A stretch of 64,000 nucleotides of DNA, from the NCBI GenBank assembly GCA_964016885.1, contig OZ024754.1:23064001-23128000 (forward strand), read 5' to 3'. This stretch comes from Eledone cirrhosa (Eukaryota). Of this stretch, positions 15,069 to 28,838 are shown piece by piece; the first letter of the stretch is position 1; each line of letters starts with the position of its first letter. A program made the position numbers and the translations under genes. The notes beneath the pieces are model-generated. The model was not told where the DNA came from and searched no databases. It saw only the letters and a list, made by a program, of their open reading frames with translations.

Positions 15069-15601
15069 ATTATATTGTATTATATGGTATATAATTGTAT
15101 AGTTTATTATATATTATATGTGCTACTTATAATCATATCATATTATTACCTCATGTAGATATATGTATTATTACTATTATTATTATTTTTATTCCTATCA
15201 TGCTTATTTATATTTAAACTCTTAATAAGGTTTAATTTGTGCTGTTAAAGATGGATATGTGTATTGATGTATGTGTATGTGTGCGTACGTGTGCGTACAT
15301 ATATACATATATATATTGTACCTTTTAATTTTTATTGTAATTTTAATATTGTTACAAGTATACTATATTATATTATATAGTATTATATATAATTCCCGCT
15401 CTATATAACTACCTTTGTTTAGCTCTAGGTTTTTTTTGCTTTGGACTATATTTGTAATATGGTTCTAAATGTTATACACCTCCTTAGTGATTTTTATAAT
15501 ATATTTTTACCCATAATCTGGCAATACTTTAGTGTATGTACACTCCATATTCTTCGGAGTTTTCGGCTTGTATAGGCCGATAATACTTCTTGTTGTTTTA
15601 A

Positions 15602-15643
15602 TTGCCCTGATGAGTCCTTAATAGGACGAAACATTGTTGGCTA
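15602..15643 (+). ncRNA. Minimal type I hammerhead ribozyme
   Basis: GCC-CTGATGA-GTCCT-taat-AGGAC-GAAA-CATTG-TT-GGC then AATAAA. Confidence 0.85.
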
Positions 15644-15788
15644 ATAAAGACTTTTGATGTATTGAAGGCTTCTTTGTTTTACTTTCATAATTCTTCGGCT
15701 CTGTTTAATTACATTGAGCTATACCTTTTACTGTCATTTCTATAATACGAAGAGGGTGTTTAACTCCAACACGCTCCAGTATTTTAAT

Positions 15789-15819
<31 letters not shown>

Positions 15820-15913
15820 AGTATATATATATATATATGCATATATATATGTATATATGTATATATATGTATATATATATATAGAGAGAGATATAGGTAT
15901 ATATATATATGTA

Positions 15914-15958
<45 letters not shown>

Positions 15959-15961
15959 GTG

Positions 15962-16033
<72 letters not shown>

Positions 16034-16075
16034 TATATATATATATGTGTATATATATATGTGTGTATGTATATA

Positions 16076-16128
<53 letters not shown>

Positions 16129-16161
16129 ATATATATATATATATATGTGTATATATATGTG

Positions 16162-16201
<40 letters not shown>

Positions 16202-16238
16202 TGTATGTATATATATATATGTATATATATATGTATAT

Positions 16239-16610
16239 TAGAAAGTGAGGCTTTTTTTACAAAATGAAAAATAACCGAGGTGTCCTACACGAGTGAAAGT
16301 ATAAAGAAAAAGAGATGAAATCGAAAATGCAACTGTAGTCTTATTTTTTTTTTATTTTTATTTTTTTAAAAATATATATATTCATTTGGTTCCTTTACCG
16401 GTTTCGCAGTTCTTCTGCTTTTCAAAAGGTGAGTTGAGATGGAGGGTCTGTGGTTTTTCTCACAAAACCACAGACCCTCCATCTCAACTCACCTTTTGAA
16501 AAGCAGAAGAACTGCGAAACCGGTAAAGGAACCCAATAAATATATATATTTAAAAAAAAAAACAAAAAAAACACTCCAGTTGCATTTTCGATTTCATCTC
16601 TTTTTCTATA
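16239..16610. mobile_element. Foldback (inverted) pLTR pair with variant hammerheads at 16492-16529 (+) and 16392-16429 (-); fragment also at 53965-54062
   Basis: Near-perfect palindrome centred at ~16460; CCTT-TTGAAAA-GCAG-aagaa-CTGC-GAAA-CCGG-TA-AAGG then AATAAA. Confidence 0.75.
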
Positions 16611-16794
16611 TATATGTATATATATATATGTATATATATATGTACATATATATATATACATATATATATATATATGTATATATATATATGTATATATATA
16701 TATATGTATATATATATATGTATATATATATGTATATATATATAGGTATATATATATATATGTATATATCTATGTATATATATGTATATATATT

Positions 16795-17350
16795 AAGACA
16801 GGGGGGAAGAAAAAATGGCTTCACTTGTGCTTTCAACAAATTTATTTTCTTCACAAAATCCAAAAAGAATTTTTCTTAAAAAAAATTATTTTATAAATTA
16901 AGTTGTTGGTTGTTGGTTAGGTCTTAGGAGTTCTTGGTTAACGTAGGGGGTATTGTTTCGTTTTTAGAAAGACCTTTCACGCTGAGGTGCGCTTGTCAAA
17001 CTGATGTGTATGTGGTGTGTTATTCTATATATAGGGATTTAACATGTCTGTGGTGTGGTGGGGGTTTCTTTTCTCACCCTTTAATAAGTGCATGGGTGTA
17101 GGTGTGTTGAAAAAGTGTTCATAGCAGTAATGAGTTGAGACGGTGAGTAGGGTTGGGTGGGGAGAAATGTAGCAAGTGCGGCCTGTCCCGGTCATTCTCG
17201 AAAACTTCCTTTATTTAGGGGAAAAAGCTTTTAGTATTGCTTTTGTGTTGAGAATGGTCACAGGCAAATCGCAACTGTCAAGTTTGTGAATAATTATTTT
17301 TTTCTTTTTTTCCTGAAGAATTTTTCTACGTCCATCCCAAAGTTAGTCCT
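16795..17350 (-). mobile_element. Probable PLE 3' remnant
   Basis: Minus-strand reading ...FFRKKEK/IIIHKLD......ILNTK resembles a GIY-YIG C-terminus; decayed HHR-like motif near 16950-16985. Confidence 0.35.
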
Positions 17351-17589
17351 TTGTTCAACACACACATATGTGCGCATATATGTACATACACACACGGACA
17401 TATGTAGGAATATATAGGCACACACCATCAATCACACACACATGCACAAATACATCCACATACATACACAAAAACATATAGAGACACATATAAAAACACA
17501 CATATACATACGTACACACACGAATATGTACTCATACCTCCACATGGGTATATATATATATATATATACATACACATATATATACACAT

Positions 17590-17648
<59 letters not shown>

Positions 17649-18002
17649 CATATACACATACACACACATACACACACACACATATATATATACACACACA
17701 CATATATATATATACATATATACATACATATACATACATACATATACATACATATACACACATAAAGATACATAACTAAATATACATATATACACATACA
17801 CGCACACATACACACACACACACACACACGCACGTGTATACACACACACACACACATACATATGTCCGTATATATACCCCTATATATGCATATATATGTA
17901 TATGTATATATGTATATATATATATATGTATTTATATATATATATGTATATATATATATGTATATATATATGTATATATATGTATATGTATATATATATA
18001 GG

Positions 18003-18113
<111 letters not shown>

Positions 18114-18132
18114 GTATGTATATATATGTATG

Positions 18133-18164
<32 letters not shown>

Positions 18165-18234
18165 TATGTATATATATATATGTATATATATATATATGTA
18201 TATATATATATGTGTGTGTATATATATATATGTG

Positions 18235-18285
<51 letters not shown>

Positions 18286-18398
18286 GTATGTATATATATA
18301 ATTATGTATATATATATGTATATATATATATGTATATATATATGTATATATATATGTATGTATATATATATGTATATATATATATGTATATATATATG

Positions 18399-18429
<31 letters not shown>

Positions 18430-18436
18430 GTACATG

Positions 18437-18551
<115 letters not shown>

Positions 18552-18622
18552 GTATATATATATATATGTAATTATATGTATGTATGTATGTATATATATG
18601 TATGTGTATATATGTATGTATG

Positions 18623-18680
<58 letters not shown>

Positions 18681-18872
18681 TGTATATATATATATGTATA
18701 TATATATATATTTATATATATGTATATATATATGTATATATATGTGTATATATGTATATATATGTATATATATATGTATATATATATATGTATATATATA
18801 TGTATATATATATGTATGTATATATATATATGTATATATATATGTATATATATATGTATATCTATATATATG

Positions 18873-18906
<34 letters not shown>

Positions 18907-18954
18907 TATATATAAGTATATATATATGTATATATATATATGTATATATATATG

Positions 18955-18985
<31 letters not shown>

Positions 18986-19127
18986 GTATGTACGTATGTT
19001 TATATATGTATGTATATATATGTATATATATATGTATGTATATATACGTATATATATATGTATATATATGTATATATATGTATGTATGTATATATATGTA
19101 TATATATATGTATATATATATGTATAT

Positions 19128-20428
19128 AGGCTAGATCGTATAACGGAAATAAAAGCCCATGTGACCTCTGCGCCGCTGAGGCCCTGGAAATACTCTACGC
19201 CACAGACCACATCTTAAACAAAAGATGTGAGGCAATTTCGGCTTGTAAACATAAATTGCACAAAACTTTCCTGTATTACAGCCCCACGTTATACCCTAGC
19301 GGATAGTACGATCTATACGTGGATATTTTACGTCTTGATGTGGGAGCTAAGTATATGTTTTGTTTATTCCTTTACTTATATGCAAAGGTAAGTATATACT
19401 GCCCGTATGTTTTGTGAAGGTACGTATTCCTTCTCGTACGTATATTTGATTGTTATGGCGTATACTTTTATATATTCTGGTACATAGGGTTTGGCTATGT
19501 GTATACGGGAGTTTATGCGTCTGTGTGATTATGTAGGTTCGTACGTATGGTGGGTGTGTGTATATGTATACTTCTTGTTTTAGTTGACTTACGTCTCCGA
19601 ACATTCGTGTATTTATATGTAGGTATGTGTGAGCGCTTGTTATATATGTATTTATTTATTTATATACGTTTATATAATTATTTATTTATTTGTATAGACG
19701 CATACACACACACACACATATTTATATGTGCGTGGTTTTGTATACCTATGGTAAGGTTTTGCGTATGCTTGTGTACGTACGTATTTGTTTGCGTGTATGT
19801 ATTTATTTATTTCTATTACTTCTGTATTGTATTTATTTACTTTGTTCTTAACTCTGTAGCGGAGATTCACTTGGTCTCCTAATTAGAATTTTAGTCTACG
19901 ACTACTGCTATACCATTTACGTGATTTTGTCTTTGCGTGCTATTGTTCTCTACGCTCCACATATGACGTATTATCTTCGTTTTTTCGTTCATTGCCAGAG
20001 AACGTCTCTGTGCACCACCTAAGAGAACATTAGTCTACAACCTCTTTTATACCATAAACGTGGTTCTGTCTTTGCGCGTAATTGTTTTTCACCGCTCCTA
20101 TTATTATTCGTTTTTATCCTACGTATTATTCGTTTTTATCCTACGTATTATTCGTTTTTTCCCGTTCTTCGCCAGCGAACGTTTCCACGAACCAAAGTAT
20201 CGTCTTCCTGTCTTCCCCCGGTTGCAACGTTTTTTGAAATATCCAGTTCTGCGTTTGTTAGTTTCAGAAGATTCCGTTAAGGGTGAAAGCAGCTTAAACT
20301 TTAATCTGTTATTTTAATCTGTTATTTTAATAAATATTTGCTCTACGGATCTTATATATTTGATATATATTTATCCTTATCGAGCCCTCTTTGGATTTTA
20401 GTTTTCAAATTTATTATTATTACTATAT
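19128..20428 (+). mobile_element. Naiad-type PLE 3' fragment (ORF end 19130-19306 + 3' pLTR with variant HHR at 20260-20300)
   Basis: [23 protein letters not shown]....[13 protein letters not shown] matches the CxLC..E..LN...C.H tail of the other Naiad ORFs; GTTT-CAGAAGA-TTCC-gttaa-GGGT-GAAA-GCAGC-TT-AAAC. Confidence 0.8.
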
Positions 20429-20481
20429 GTATATATATACATATGTATATATATATGTATATATATATATGTATATATATG

Positions 20482-20512
<31 letters not shown>

Positions 20513-20603
20513 GTATATGTATATATATATATATGTATATATATGTATATATATATATATATATGTATATATATGTATATATATATATGTATATATATGT
20601 ATG

Positions 20604-20642
<39 letters not shown>

Positions 20643-20657
20643 GTATACATATGTATG

Positions 20658-20728
<71 letters not shown>

Positions 20729-20951
20729 GTATATATATGTATATATATATATGTATATATATGTATATATATATATGTATATATATATGTATATATATAT
20801 ATGTATATATATATATGTATATATATATGTATATATATATATGTATATATATATATGTATATATATATATGTATATATATATATGTATATATATATATGT
20901 ATATATATATATATGTATATATATATGTATATATATGTATATATATGTATG

Positions 20952-20990
<39 letters not shown>

Positions 20991-21005
20991 GTATACATAT
21001 GTATG

Positions 21006-21036
<31 letters not shown>

Positions 21037-21057
21037 GTATATATATATATGTATATA

Positions 21058-21102
<45 letters not shown>

Positions 21103-21459
21103 GTATATATATGTATATATATATATGTATATATATGTATATATATATATGTATATATATATGTATATATATATATGTATATATATATATGTATATATAT
21201 ATGTATATATATATATGTATATATATATATGTATATATATATATGTATATATATATATGTATATATATATATGTATATATATATATATGTATATATATAT
21301 GTATATATATATATGTATATATATGTATGTATGTATATATATGTATGTTTATATATGTATGTATATATATGTATATATATATATGTATGTATATATACGT
21401 ATATATATATATGTATATATATGTATATATATGTATGTATATATATGTATATATATATG

Positions 21460-21491
<32 letters not shown>

Positions 21492-21610
21492 CATGTATAT
21501 ATATATGTATATATATAACTTTGAAACTTTGAATAACTTTGAAATGTTTTGGCCAGTATTGGCCCAGGCCATGTCTAACTTAATAGCACCACCTGGCGAA
21601 GTCTTTCAAT

Positions 21611-24600
21611 TCAGGATTTGGGCACCATGGCCCATTCGAGAAGAGAATTACTGTTTGCGGAGACATATCCGGGTGTGGGTGGTTTGTCCGGGATTACTTG
21701 GAGGAATTTGTCCAAAGACTTCTTGAATCTTGTGTGGTCAGTTTCTGTTTTGACGTGTCCTGGTGTGATGTTGAAGAGAGCAGGGCCGATTGAGGTGAAA
21801 TAATTGTGCCGTATTGTTGTTATGAGTTGCGATTTAGATTTTTGAATGGGACGGATAGCACGGGGCCCAAGCCTTGGGTGTATCTTGAAGGCGATGCCAA
21901 CATCATTTGGGCAGTGATGATGGAACATTTTCCACATCATGCAGATAATATAACGCTCACGGCGACGTTGGAGTGAGTAAAGTTTCAGGTTTTCCAATCG
22001 ACCCCAGTAGTCAAGGTCTGACATGCCATCTATCTTTTTCGTGATTGCCCTTTGAGGAGCTTCAAGTTTCATGATACTTTGTTTCGTGTGGGGAGACCAC
22101 AGTGGACAACAGTATTCAAGGTGTGGTCGGGCGAAAGTAGAGAAGAGAAGGATAATGGTGCGGGAATCTCTCGACTGGAAGGTTCTGAGGATCCAGGAAC
22201 ACATTCTGCGGGCCATGTCAACTTTGCTGCTTATATGCGTGGTCCAGCTTATGTTGCTGTCCACGGTTACTCCCAAGTCTCTGATGTTGTTAGATGCCAC
22301 GAGAGTTTCCCCGGAGGGAAGGGAGTACGGGAGTTTCAGAGCATCCTCTTTTCCAAAGTGGATCAGTTCGAATTTGTCTTCGTTCAGTAACATGTTGTTC
22401 TTTTCTGCCCATTGGGTAACAGCCAGTAGGTCTGACTGAAGGCTTATCCGGTCATCCACGCCATTGATGACCTTTTGGAGCTTGGAATCATCAGCGAAAA
22501 TTTTAATGTTGCTGTGTTTGATGATGTCAGTGATGTCATTAATATAGATGATGAAGAGAAGTGGGCCCAACACAGTGCCTTGTGGGACTCCACTACTGAC
22601 TTTGGCTGGGCTTGATATGACTCCCTCAACTACAACATGTTGGGTTCTGTTTGACAGGAAGCTCTTGATCCACTGCAGCAGCTTTCCAGTGACACCAATA
22701 TTGGACAGCTTTCTCAGTAGAATGTTATGATCAACACTGTCAAAGGCCTTGCTGAAATCAAGGTAGATAACATCAGTGTTGGAACCCTCTCCCAAGGCTC
22801 TCAAAATGTCATCAAAGTGATGCAGTAGTTGCGTCAGGCAATCCCTTCCATTACGGAATCCATGCTGGTTGGAGTTCAGCATATTGTTACTCTCAAGGAA
22901 GTGGGTCATTCGCGATCTCACCACTCGCTCAAATACCTTAATGATATGAGAGGTGAGTGAGATTGGACGGTAATTCACGGCAAGGGATTTGTTTCCCTTT
23001 TTGAAAACTGGGACAACAGACTGGGATAGAAGGTTTTCTGGCACATATCCAGCATCCAGTGAGTTCCGCCACAGATTGGCAAGAGGAGAAGCAAGTTGGT
23101 GTTGACACGCCTTCAAGACACAAGCAGGGAACCTATCGGGACCTACTGCTGAATTATGTTTGATTTCCTTTATTGCCGCCAAGGCATCAGGGGCGCCAAA
23201 CGTTATGTCCGATAAGGTGTAATGGGGAGTAACATCGCCGATACAGCCCAGATCGGCCATATCAGGATTGCTGAAAACAGAGCAGTATTGTTTCTGCAGT
23301 ATCTCACCCATGGTTTTAGCATTGTCTTGAAGAGTGCCATTTTCATCAATTAGAGGGCCAACAGTAGAGCCAGTGATTTTGTGTTTTTTTGCAAATGAAA
23401 AGAACACTTTGGGATTGAGTTTGATCTTCTCAATGGCCCAGGCCTCTTCAGCTCTTCTCTGATTGTTGATGAGGGACATTATGTTGTTTTGGAGGTTATG
23501 TTTTTTAATCTCTAGTGATGAAATGGCAGTCAAGTTGATGTGTTGCTGCTGACAGTATTTCAGCTTGTTGATTTTTTTGTTCGTTCTCTTAATTTTTCTG
23601 ATGAGTGTTTTTCTATTTCTAGGGATTCTGCTCTTAGATTTGTTTATAGTTCTTAATGGGGTGTGTTTAGCACATATGTTTGTAACAGTGTCCACAAAAG
23701 TCTGCCAGGACTTTTTGATGTTAGTGGGTGTATGAGTGTGCGTGAAGGACCAGTCGACATGTGCAAGATCATGACTGATCGCTTCCCAGTTTGCATTGTG
23801 GAAATCCATAGCGTCAAACGGATGGACAGGAGAAATGACATTGGGTTTGTATATTGGACGGTGGAATCTCAGATCACAGAGAACCATGTCATGATCAGAG
23901 AGTAGAGTTTTCTCCACTGCAATATTGTGGATATTGTCAGTGTGATTGCTGAAAATTAAGTCTAGGACGTTTTTGTGGCACCTCGTTGGTTCGAGCACTA
24001 GTTGGGATAGGAAGAAATCATCCATGAAGTCAAGAAGCGATTCCACAGCTTCCCTGTCAGAGGTTGAGGCAGAAGAACCTGGTGGCAGGGTGTTTGTGGA
24101 CCAGTCAACTCCGGGGAGGTTGAAGTCCCCCATCATTAAGATGTTGTCAGGGTGACACTCTTGGATGAAACACTTTATGCTGTTGAGGCATTCCTTGAAG
24201 CATGGTACAGGCGTTTGGGGTGGCCTATAGAGCCCAACTACTAATAGGTTGTTGGTTTGACTGAATACAGTGACTGCCTCACAGTATCCATTAGTGAATA
24301 TGTTCATAGCCTCTGTTGAGAAAGAATTATGGACATAAATGGCAGTTCCGCCCTTTCTTCTGCCAGCGCGATCAGCACGGATGGCTTTGAAATTTTTCAC
24401 TTTCACCTCGGCTTCCAAGTGGAGGTTACTGAGATGGGTTTCAGTGAGGACGAAGAAAGGGATGTGGTTTGGATGGACATCAATCCAGTCCTCCAGGAAT
24501 TTGATCTTCCATTTTTGAGTATTGGTGGAAGGGCTGATGCCTTGGGCGTTAAGCAAAAATGTAGAGGCGAGAGTGGATGGTTTTAATTGTTTTGGTGTGT

Positions 24601-24631
24601 TGTTAATTTGTTTGTTTGTTAATGGCAGCAA
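21611..24631 (-). CDS. LINE ORF2: AP endonuclease-reverse transcriptase, 1006 aa, uninterrupted; listed start is TTG, not ATG
   Basis: APE motifs TETHL, GDFN, LDL, SDH; RT motifs [40 protein letters not shown]; C-terminal [19 protein letters not shown]. Confidence 0.96.
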   Translation of the reverse strand: MLPLTNKQINNTPKQLKPSTLASTFLLNAQGISPSTNTQKWKIKFLEDWIDVHPNHIPFFVLTETHLSNLHLEAEVKVKNFKAIRADRAGRRKGGTAIYVHNSFSTEAMNIFTNGYCEAVTVFSQTNNLLVVGLYRPPQTPVPCFKECLNSIKCFIQECHPDNILMMGDFNLPGVDWSTNTLPPGSSASTSDREAVESLLDFMDDFFLSQLVLEPTRCHKNVLDLIFSNHTDNIHNIAVEKTLLSDHDMVLCDLRFHRPIYKPNVISPVHPFDAMDFHNANWEAISHDLAHVDWSFTHTHTPTNIKKSWQTFVDTVTNICAKHTPLRTINKSKSRIPRNRKTLIRKIKRTNKKINKLKYCQQQHINLTAISSLEIKKHNLQNNIMSLINNQRRAEEAWAIEKIKLNPKVFFSFAKKHKITGSTVGPLIDENGTLQDNAKTMGEILQKQYCSVFSNPDMADLGCIGDVTPHYTLSDITFGAPDALAAIKEIKHNSAVGPDRFPACVLKACQHQLASPLANLWRNSLDAGYVPENLLSQSVVPVFKKGNKSLAVNYRPISLTSHIIKVFERVVRSRMTHFLESNNMLNSNQHGFRNGRDCLTQLLHHFDDILRALGEGSNTDVIYLDFSKAFDSVDHNILLRKLSNIGVTGKLLQWIKSFLSNRTQHVVVEGVISSPAKVSSGVPQGTVLGPLLFIIYINDITDIIKHSNIKIFADDSKLQKVINGVDDRISLQSDLLAVTQWAEKNNMLLNEDKFELIHFGKEDALKLPYSLPSGETLVASNNIRDLGVTVDSNISWTTHISSKVDMARRMCSWILRTFQSRDSRTIILLFSTFARPHLEYCCPLWSPHTKQSIMKLEAPQRAITKKIDGMSDLDYWGRLENLKLYSLQRRRERYIICMMWKMFHHHCPNDVGIAFKIHPRLGPRAIRPIQKSKSQLITTIRHNYFTSIGPALFNITPGHVKTETDHTRFKKSLDKFLQVIPDKPPTPGYVSANSNSLLEWAMVPKS

Positions 24632-25236
24632 TGGGAGTTTGTGCAGTGGGGTGATAGTGGAGGGTGGTGCTGGGTGATAGCTCGAATGTTTTTTTCCAGT
24701 TCTTTTGCCAGATTCATTATGGCTAAAAAAGAGGAAGAAGTTTCCTGTTTAGAAGACTGTTGGTGACTGTGGTAGTGGTTATTTTTATGTAGGTTATGGT
24801 TTTTGTTTTTGCTTTTATTTTTAATTTTATTTTCATTTATCCGACGGGTCCCCGGGAGATGGGTAAAGGGACAATCCCGGTCTAAACACAATCTGTCTCG
24901 CAGGGAAAAACGGCAGATTTGTGGATTCCTTGTTTGAGTTATTGGTGGTTGTGTTGGTGTTAAATTAGAGTATGTATTATGGTGGTGGCTGTTTGTGGGG
25001 ATAGATCGTTTTGTCCTAGGTAAATGGGTGAATTTGCAGCCACTATCCGTACATATTCTATAGCGTAGAGAGTAGCGGCAAATGATGGGGTTTCGAGTGG
25101 GTGGGTATGTGGGTGTGGGTGTTGTGAGAGGTGTAGATGATGGTTTGGGTAGGATTTGATGACCTTTGTGGACTGTGGGAGGGAGAGTTCTTGTTCTGGT
25201 ATTAGAAGGTAAATTCCTTGACATAGCAGTAGACAA
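24619..25236 (-). CDS. LINE ORF1 C-terminal part with two CCCH zinc fingers (5'-truncated)
   Basis: [19 protein letters not shown] and [19 protein letters not shown]; homologous to 11543-12166. Confidence 0.8.
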   Translation of the reverse strand: MSTAMSRNLPSNTRTRTLPPTVHKGHQILPKPSSTPLTTPTPTYPPTRNPIICRYSLRYRICTDSGCKFTHLPRTKRSIPTNSHHHNTYSNLTPTQPPITQTRNPQICRFSLRDRLCLDRDCPFTHLPGTRRINENKIKNKSKNKNHNLHKNNHYHSHQQSSKQETSSSFLAIMNLAKELEKNIRAITQHHPPLSPHCTNSHCCH

Positions 25237-25249
25237 AAATGTACATATA

Positions 25250-25302
<53 letters not shown>

Positions 25303-25371
25303 ATATATGTATATATATATGTATATATATCTATATATGTATATTTATATATGTATGTATGTATATATATG

Positions 25372-25404
<33 letters not shown>

Positions 25405-25531
25405 GTATGTATATATATGTATATATATATGTATATATATGTATATATATATGTATATATGTGTATATATATATATGTATATATACATATATATAAATAT
25501 ATATATGTATATATGTATGTATATATGTATG

Positions 25532-25566
<35 letters not shown>

Positions 25567-25583
25567 GTATATATGTATATATG

Positions 25584-25628
<45 letters not shown>

Positions 25629-25679
25629 GTATATATATATATATGTATATAAATATATATATATATGTATATATATATG

Positions 25680-25712
<33 letters not shown>

Positions 25713-25739
25713 GTATATATATATGTATATATATGTATG

Positions 25740-25778
<39 letters not shown>

Positions 25779-25793
25779 GTATATATACGTATG

Positions 25794-25825
<32 letters not shown>

Positions 25826-25827
25826 TG

Positions 25828-25872
<45 letters not shown>

Positions 25873-26004
25873 GTATATATATGCATATATATATATATAT
25901 GTATATATATATGTATATATATATGTATATATATATATGTATATATATATGTATATATATATGTATATATATATATATATGTATATATATATGTATATAT
26001 ATGT

Positions 26005-26772
26005 AAAGGGCGCTGCGGAGTTGCAAATGGGTTACATATGAAAAAAGTTTGTCCTTCATCAGTGATCTTCCAACCATCGTACCAACCGGAGGTATATGGT
26101 CTTTAAAGCGATGAAATGCCTATGATGGTTGGAAGATCACTGATGAAGGACAAACTTTTTTCATGTGCATTTGCAACTCCGCAGCGCCCTTATTATCATA
26201 TTTACACATATTTTTTCCTCTGCTGCTACACCGTCTTTTTCGTTCTATGTATCTTTACCCTTTCTAGCAGTCTCTCTCTCTGTTAGCCTCTTCCTCACCC
26301 TTCACTCACTCATTCTCTGTCACTACCTCTCCTCCTCCTCTTTCTTTCCGTTTGACCTGTGAGTAATTCTTTTCTCTCACATTCTCGGCCAAGCTGGTCG
26401 CAATTTTTTCTCTCTCGTCTACGATTTCACAGAACTTATGTTTACCGAATTCGCAGACCAGACCCCTTCTTCCTCCCATTAGACCTGTGCGAAATTCCTT
26501 CCTTGCTCACATTTCAACCAGGTTTGATGGTCTTTATTCTCTCGTTCACGATTTCACCGAACTTAAATTCATAGAATTCTGGGACTTGTCTCTTTCTTCC
26601 TCACTTCTGTTGCTTCACCATTTTGTTTGTTTACCCTCGCGTCCCCTTTATTTACGTGTCCCAACGACCATTTTTTAGCCGTTGCTCGCACCAACCGAAG
26701 GTATATGGTCTTTAAAGCGATGAAATTCCTATGATGGTTGGAAGATCACTGATGAAGGACAAACTTTTTTCA
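26005..26772 (+). mobile_element. Non-coding 609-bp-period tandem element with a 5' inverted segment; carries a rearranged hammerhead-like motif twice
   Basis: 26077-26163 repeats at 26686-26772; 26006-26078 is the reverse complement of ~26123-26191; (TA)n flanks. Confidence 0.8.
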
Positions 26773-26833
<61 letters not shown>

Positions 26834-26838
26834 TTATG

Positions 26839-26869
<31 letters not shown>

Positions 26870-26900
26870 TTATGTATGTATGTATATATATGTATGTATG

Positions 26901-26932
<32 letters not shown>

Positions 26933-26950
26933 TGTATATATATATATATG

Positions 26951-26997
<47 letters not shown>

Positions 26998-27016
26998 GTA
27001 TATATATATTTTATTT

Positions 27017-28736
27017 AGTGATGGCAGAGAAGATTGTGGGACAGCTGACCTGGCTGCATCGTCTCCAGAGCCAGGGTCATCCACACCAGCACTCGAGACC
27101 ACCACAGTTAAGGGACCCAGAGTGGCCGCCGCTGACACCAGACCAGGTGTCATACCGACAGCCATTATTGATGAAATTAGAACAGACTCGGCTGCTGGAC
27201 CTGATGGATTCCCAGCAGTTCTCTTGAAAATATGTAAGCGGGCCTTAGCAACTCCACTGAAGATGCTCTTCAGAAGCTCCATGGCTAGCGGTGTACTACC
27301 CAGGGAGCTGAAAGAAGGCACAATATGCCTATCCATAAAGGAGGTAGTAGAGCGGAGGCCAAGAACTATAGGCCAGTCTCCCTGACGTCGCATATCAGTA
27401 AGGTCATGGAGCGAGTCTTCAGAAAGAAACTAATCACTTTCCTCGAAGAAAATGACCGCCTGACTAGCACGCGGCGTGGCTTCTGCCCGGGAGGAGGCTG
27501 CCTTGCACAGCTGCTACATCACTACGACTGGGTACTGAGACAACTACTAGACAGCTCACATGTGGACGTGATATATCTTGACTTTGCGGGGGCCTTTGAC
27601 AAGGTCGACCACAGAGTGATATGTCACAGGCTACACGGACTCGGCATAACTGGAAAAGTAGGTGAGTGGCTGCATGGCTTCCTAAGGGACGGAGGCCGGG
27701 CGGTCGCAGCAAATGGGGCCCTCTCGAGGGAAACACCGGTAACAAGTGGCGTGCCCCAGGGGACAGTCCTGGGACCACTATTGTTTTTGGTGGCTCTCTC
27801 GGACATGCCCTCTGTGGTGCATGCAACAACATCCCTCACTGGCTGTGCTGATGGCACTAAGGTAGCACAGGCAATCAAAAACACGGCTGACGCTGCCCTT
27901 TTACAGCAGGATCTGTATGCCATATACAGATGGGCGGAAGAAAACAACATGCAGTTTAATGCTGGCAAATTCCAATACAAACCTGCAAACACGAATATAG
28001 TGGAACACAGCTACACAGGACCAGGAGGGACCGATATCCCCGTGTCAAAATCGATACGAGACCTGGGCATAGACATGAGCGATGATGCATCTTTTTCTTC
28101 ACACATCATGAAAGTGGCGACAATGTGCAGACGACTCGCTGGTTGGATCTTGGGGGCTTTCCGGACAAGGGATCGAGGCACCATGTTGGCACTGCGGAGG
28201 ACTTTTGTCCTTGGCCGCCTGGACTACTGCTCCTGGTTGTGGTCGCCCCATAGTGTCAAACTAACCACGGAGCTTGAGGCAATCCAGCGAGGCTACACCG
28301 GGAGGTTTTCCAAGATGAGGGAGACAAGCTACTGGGAGAGGCTGGGGGAACTGGGCCTCTGCTCTTTGGGGCGAGGACGGGAGAGATGCGCAGTGATCTA
28401 CATGTGGAAAATCCTGGAGGGACTAGCACCAAACTTTGGCATTGGGAGCTGGACCAACCGTCGAACAGGACGTCACTGTGTGGTGCCAAAGGTCCCCTCT
28501 TCCACATCTAGAATAAGGAGCAGGTATTGCAATAGCCTGGGATTCAAGGGCCCTCAACTCTTCAACAGGCTGCCGAGGCATCTGAGAGACTTGCATGACG
28601 TGGAGGTGGATGTCTTTAAGAAACATCTCGACACCTTGTTACCCAGGATCCCGGATGAGCCCACAGCAAGACACGAGGGAAACCCAAGGGAAGAAGCAAC
28701 AAACTCCCTCTTACACCAGTGGCCAACCTAGAGTAA
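27017..28736 (+). pseudogene. Second CR1-group LINE family, 5'-truncated RT region, inactivated by clustered A-to-G substitutions
   Basis: [34 protein letters not shown] are present, but the catalytic motif reads CADG and DFAKAFD reads DFAGAFD. Confidence 0.92.
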
Positions 28737-28838
28737 TATGTATATATATATGTTTGTATATATATATATATGTATATATATATATGTATATATATATATG
28801 TATATATATATATTTATATATATATATATATATGTATA

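Larger units (their letters stand above)
14635..15792 (+). mobile_element. Second PLE-type 3' end (pLTR) related to 9526-10728, interrupted by a SINE
   Basis: Homologous HHR and terminal region; truncates the LINE at a (TA)n junction. Confidence 0.65.
21517..25240 (-). mobile_element. CR1-group LINE, 5'-truncated within ORF1, with intact ORF2 and TTCAAAGT-type 3' tail repeats
   Basis: ORF1 end overlaps ORF2; short 3'UTR ending TTCAAAGTTATTCAAAGTTTCAAAGT(TA)n; (TA)n on both sides. Confidence 0.95.

Noticed and set aside
26699-26735. SECIS element or C/D-box snoRNA reading of the AUGA/UGA motifs (also 48920-48955)
   Set aside because: Upper helix is far too short for a SECIS, one family has AUGG, there is no upstream ORF, and no proper C...D box layout
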